From an uncultured Spirochaetota bacterium (lineage in GTDB: Bacteria > Spirochaetota > Spirochaetia > SZUA-6 > Fen-1364): a stretch of DNA of 64,000 nt. Below, piece by piece: positions 61,447-64,000 of this stretch. Under the pieces are notes generated by a model, which was not told the DNA's origin, made no database searches, and saw nothing but the letters and a program-made list of their open reading frames with translations. The stretch spans positions 32,001 to 96,000 of the forward strand of contig CAVUXE010000044.1 of the NCBI GenBank assembly GCA_963745235.1, read 5' to 3'. Made by a program: the position numbers and the translations under genes. The stretch's first letter is position 1. Each line of letters begins with the position of its first letter.

Positions 61447-61689
61447 TCAGACGGCTTCCCGATGCTTGACCTTGTAGCCATCTCCGGCGCGCTCGATGTA
61501 GCCCTTTTGGCGCAGCTCGCCGAGGATCAGGTAGAACCGATCGCTGAAATCGAGGGTGCAGCTATGGAGAAAAGCGCCCAGATGGTGGGACTCGATGACC
61601 CTGTCCGTTCCGAAAGATCGCAGCTCTTCCAGGAGGACTCGCGCCGACCTGCTCAATCGGGGGAAGGAAGTTCCTGGCGTTGCTACCAT
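61447..61689 (-). CDS. Small protein, possibly winged helix
   Basis: ILGELRQKGYIERAGDGYKV resembles a wHTH helix-3/wing. Confidence 0.5.
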   Translation of the reverse strand: MVATPGTSFPRLSRSARVLLEELRSFGTDRVIESHHLGAFLHSCTLDFSDRFYLILGELRQKGYIERAGDGYKVKHREAV

Positions 61690-61761
61690 CGTCAGGGACT
61701 GTACGCGGTGTCGGTTAAGAAGCAACGAAGCTTCGGCGAATTTTCAGTTAATACAGCGAAC

Positions 61762-61986
61762 CTATACGACTCTCGGCTCGGACGATGGGTCTTCCATGCT
61801 TCGAACAAAATGGACGGCGGCGGTCACTTTCGCAACCACCGCATCCTCCGGGAATCCTTTCGCTTTCAGCGCAGCGCGCCAGAGATCAAGACCATCGACC
61901 AGGAATATCCCTCGCATCCTGCAGAACCGGGCGTATTCTTTCGCGTCGCGAAGATAAGAAGGGCCGGGCGTGAAGGAACTGGCCAT
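61762..61986 (-). CDS. Hypothetical protein
   Basis: GGAG RBS, 74 aa ORF. Confidence 0.45.
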   Translation of the reverse strand: MASSFTPGPSYLRDAKEYARFCRMRGIFLVDGLDLWRAALKAKGFPEDAVVAKVTAAVHFVRSMEDPSSEPRVV

Positions 61987-62135
61987 GTCTGGTCTCCCTG
62001 GAGTGTGAATGCGACGGGTGGATGTAATATACCATCATTTTCCGGTGTCGTGCACCGATGCCGGGGCCGGTGAAAAATGAAAATGGTAGTTTGTTGGTCA
62101 AATCAGGCGTATTCTTAGCTGAAACGGAGGATGTC

Positions 62136-62591
62136 ATGCCAAAAGAGCCAAAACAGAAGGACAAGAAGGGCAAGAAAGGCAAGGCCGGAGCTGAAAAAGG
62201 AGGGGTCTCCCAGGTAACCGTGACGATGCTGGGCGCTGGTGAAGCCCCCCACGCTCAGCTTTCGGTTGAGACCGGGGTCCTCTCCCTGGGATTGCCAAAA
62301 GGCGAGAAGGGAGATCGCGGGCCGGCTGGAGCACAAGGAGAGCACGGTCCCAAGGGGGACGCCGGCCAGCAGGGGCCCCAGGGACCCGTGGGGCCGCAGG
62401 GACCTCAGGGGGCACGGGGAGAGCCAGGGCCGCGCGGCGAAGCCGGAATGGGCGTCCGGTACGCTGGTGGGCCTGCGGAAGGGTCATCCACCTACCTCTT
62501 CGTGGACACGGACGGCAGTCTCAAGTTCGTGAGGCACGGGACGACTTTCGTCGTTCACCTGGTGCCGCCTGCGTCGCAGCCGGGGAGCTGA
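62136..62591 (+). CDS. Second mini collagen-like protein with Lys-rich N-tail
   Basis: GGAGG RBS; 17 Gly-X-Y triplets; C-terminal domain homologous to that of 59553-59897. Confidence 0.82.
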   Translation: MPKEPKQKDKKGKKGKAGAEKGGVSQVTVTMLGAGEAPHAQLSVETGVLSLGLPKGEKGDRGPAGAQGEHGPKGDAGQQGPQGPVGPQGPQGARGEPGPRGEAGMGVRYAGGPAEGSSTYLFVDTDGSLKFVRHGTTFVVHLVPPASQPGS

Positions 62592-62627
62592 ACCTTCGGT
62601 CGTGTCAGCCCTCCCGTGTTTTTTCCG

Positions 62628-62959
62628 TCAGGCAGTGCGCGGGCTGTCTGCCCGGGGTTTTCCTTTTCCGCGCTCAAACCCGTCGAGGGCTTCCAGCTCC
62701 GTACGCTCCAGGGGGAGAAATCCGACAAGCCGGGTCAGCTCCATCACCTCCATGACCGAGGGGGGAACGCTCACGATTCGAAAAGCGAGCGCGTTCTTCA
62801 CGAGCATCGAGTTGATCGCAAGAAGCGCGCCGATCCCGCTGGAGTCGATGTACGTCTCGAGCACACCGTGTCCTCGAGTCGGAATGCGTCGTACAGATCG
62901 ATCTCGCCTGCGACATCGACGATGCAGCTCTCCTTGAAGAACCTGACCCTGATGTCCAA
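62628..62959 (-). pseudogene. STAS anti-sigma-factor antagonist with internal deletion/frameshift
   Basis: IVDVAGEIDLYDA in one frame and YIDSSGIGALL...VMELTRL in another; about 20 residues normally between them are missing. Confidence 0.7.
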
Positions 62960-63031
62960 TGATACTCGCCCTCCTGCGATTGTGCGGCCTGTCGCCCTGC
63001 TGTTCATTCGCCGTGGTCGATTTTTCCGCTT

Positions 63032-63721
63032 CTACGCGGTGGCGATACGCTCCTCTTCCTCGGTTTCTGCGGCTGTGCGCGCCGCGAGGGTCAAAGTCGC
63101 CACGGTCTCATTGTCGGCCGCGCGAAAGGAAAATGCTTCCGGCCCGAATCCCAGGTTCTTGAGCATGAAGAGCATCATGACAATTCCCAGTCCAGCCCCC
63201 TCCAAGCCGTCCTGCGTGCGGGAATACGCGTCGGCGAGACAGGTATACTGCCTGACGATTCCAATCTTTTCTTCGATCCGCCGAATCTCCGCGGGAGCCG
63301 GCGTGGAGTTGTTGCGGACGCTGACGCGGACGCCCTTCTTCAGCTTGCGGAACTGGAACTTCACATACAGGCCGTTCTCCTTCAACCCCGCCAGGTAATG
63401 GGATATCTGCTCGATTGTCTCCGTCTTGAACCTTTCCATTCCCCGGGCGTAGTCGTCCTTGCTCAGGATGTCCAGGTTCTTTTCCTTGAAATAGAGGCGC
63501 TTCATGTTCGCCTTCTTTGCGTTTCCGGCCAGCTCATGGACGCAGTAGGCGAGGTTGTTCCGCAGCTGCTCCATCCCGGCGGCCTCCAGGAACGCTCCGA
63601 GGATCCTGTCGATATGAGCGCGCTCTCCGGGCAGGTACAGGGAGGTAGTGAGCGTCAACGTCCTCGAGTGGACAATCGCATAGTAGACGCTCTCCCAGAG
63701 ACCCCGCTTCCTCGCTGTCAT
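63032..63721 (-). CDS. GHKL ATPase-like protein (anti-sigma/RsbW-like)
   Basis: N-box YCVHELAGNAKKAN, VSVRNN, G-box GAGLGIVMM; directly upstream of STAS gene. Confidence 0.7.
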   Translation of the reverse strand: MTARKRGLWESVYYAIVHSRTLTLTTSLYLPGERAHIDRILGAFLEAAGMEQLRNNLAYCVHELAGNAKKANMKRLYFKEKNLDILSKDDYARGMERFKTETIEQISHYLAGLKENGLYVKFQFRKLKKGVRVSVRNNSTPAPAEIRRIEEKIGIVRQYTCLADAYSRTQDGLEGAGLGIVMMLFMLKNLGFGPEAFSFRAADNETVATLTLAARTAAETEEEERIATA

Positions 63722-63758
63722 GGCCGCCTCCTTGCGGGAGACAGAATCTGGCAATCGT

Positions 63759-63798
63759 GTTAGCTTTCCCTTTGGGTTCCCTTAATTTGCCGTTAATT
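63759..63798 (-). promoter_or_regulatory. 40-bp four-unit 11-bp-period element, copy B
   Basis: GTTAGCTTTCCCTTTGGGTTCCCTTAATTTGCCGTTAATT in the divergent intergenic region. Confidence 0.72.
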
Positions 63799-63814
63799 CT
63801 GGCGAGGTGACAAC

Positions 63815-64000
63815 GTGCAGGCTCTGGACGTCCTCATCCTCCTCGACGCTGACGCGCAGTCAGACCTGTCGGCGTCCCTGGTGGGAAGGATCGAGGAAAT
63901 GGTTCGAACAAAGCGACATGCCATGGGCACCATTGAGCTGCGCGGGAAGGACATCCCGCCCTGCACGGGGTGCCTTCGCTGCCTCACCGCGCATCCGGGT
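63815..64000 (+). CDS. Flavodoxin-like/iron-sulfur flavoprotein, partial
   Basis: GAGGTG RBS, GTG start; IELRGKDIPPCTGCLRC...PG; runs off the window. Confidence 0.7.
   Translation, partial: MQALDVLILLDADAQSDLSASLVGRIEEMVRTKRHAMGTIELRGKDIPPCTGCLRCLTAHPG

Noticed and set aside
59028-64000. Prophage or integrative element
   Set aside because: No integrase, terminase, capsid, tRNA or att repeat seen; only a phage-fibre-like linker in one collagen

Overview
GC-rich bacterial chromosomal segment, most likely from an uncultured spirochaete (inferred from an SthK-like cyclic-nucleotide-gated channel, a spirochaete-type HrpA and spirochaete-like hypotheticals). Many single-base frameshifts in unrelated genes look like long-read indel errors. 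Contents in order: citrate synthase, CtpA protease, YddA-type ABC transporter; a metal-homeostasis cluster (two SCO proteins, MntR/DtxR plus NRAMP-related transporter, Znu-type ABC plus Zur, DUF1007/NiCoT pair, CDF) with readable operators; two sugar ABC systems, pncA and malQ; a ~2.0 kb group II intron whose boundaries can be fixed because removing it restores both flanking genes; a DeoC/RpiB (sugar-phosphate utilisation type) bacterial microcompartment operon with a divergent DeoR regulator and an adjacent PotA-family ABC importer; coaX and hrpA; and a 59-64 kb island of small uncharacterised genes (tandem RHH-like proteins, two signal-less mini-collagens with basic tails, zinc-finger proteins, STAS/anti-sigma pair, candidate sRNA). 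A TTAA direct-repeat operator with 11-bp period recurs at five sites and links the ABC importer to that island. The microcompartment locus and this putative regulon are the best candidates for under-described systems. All calls are by eye, without database searches.
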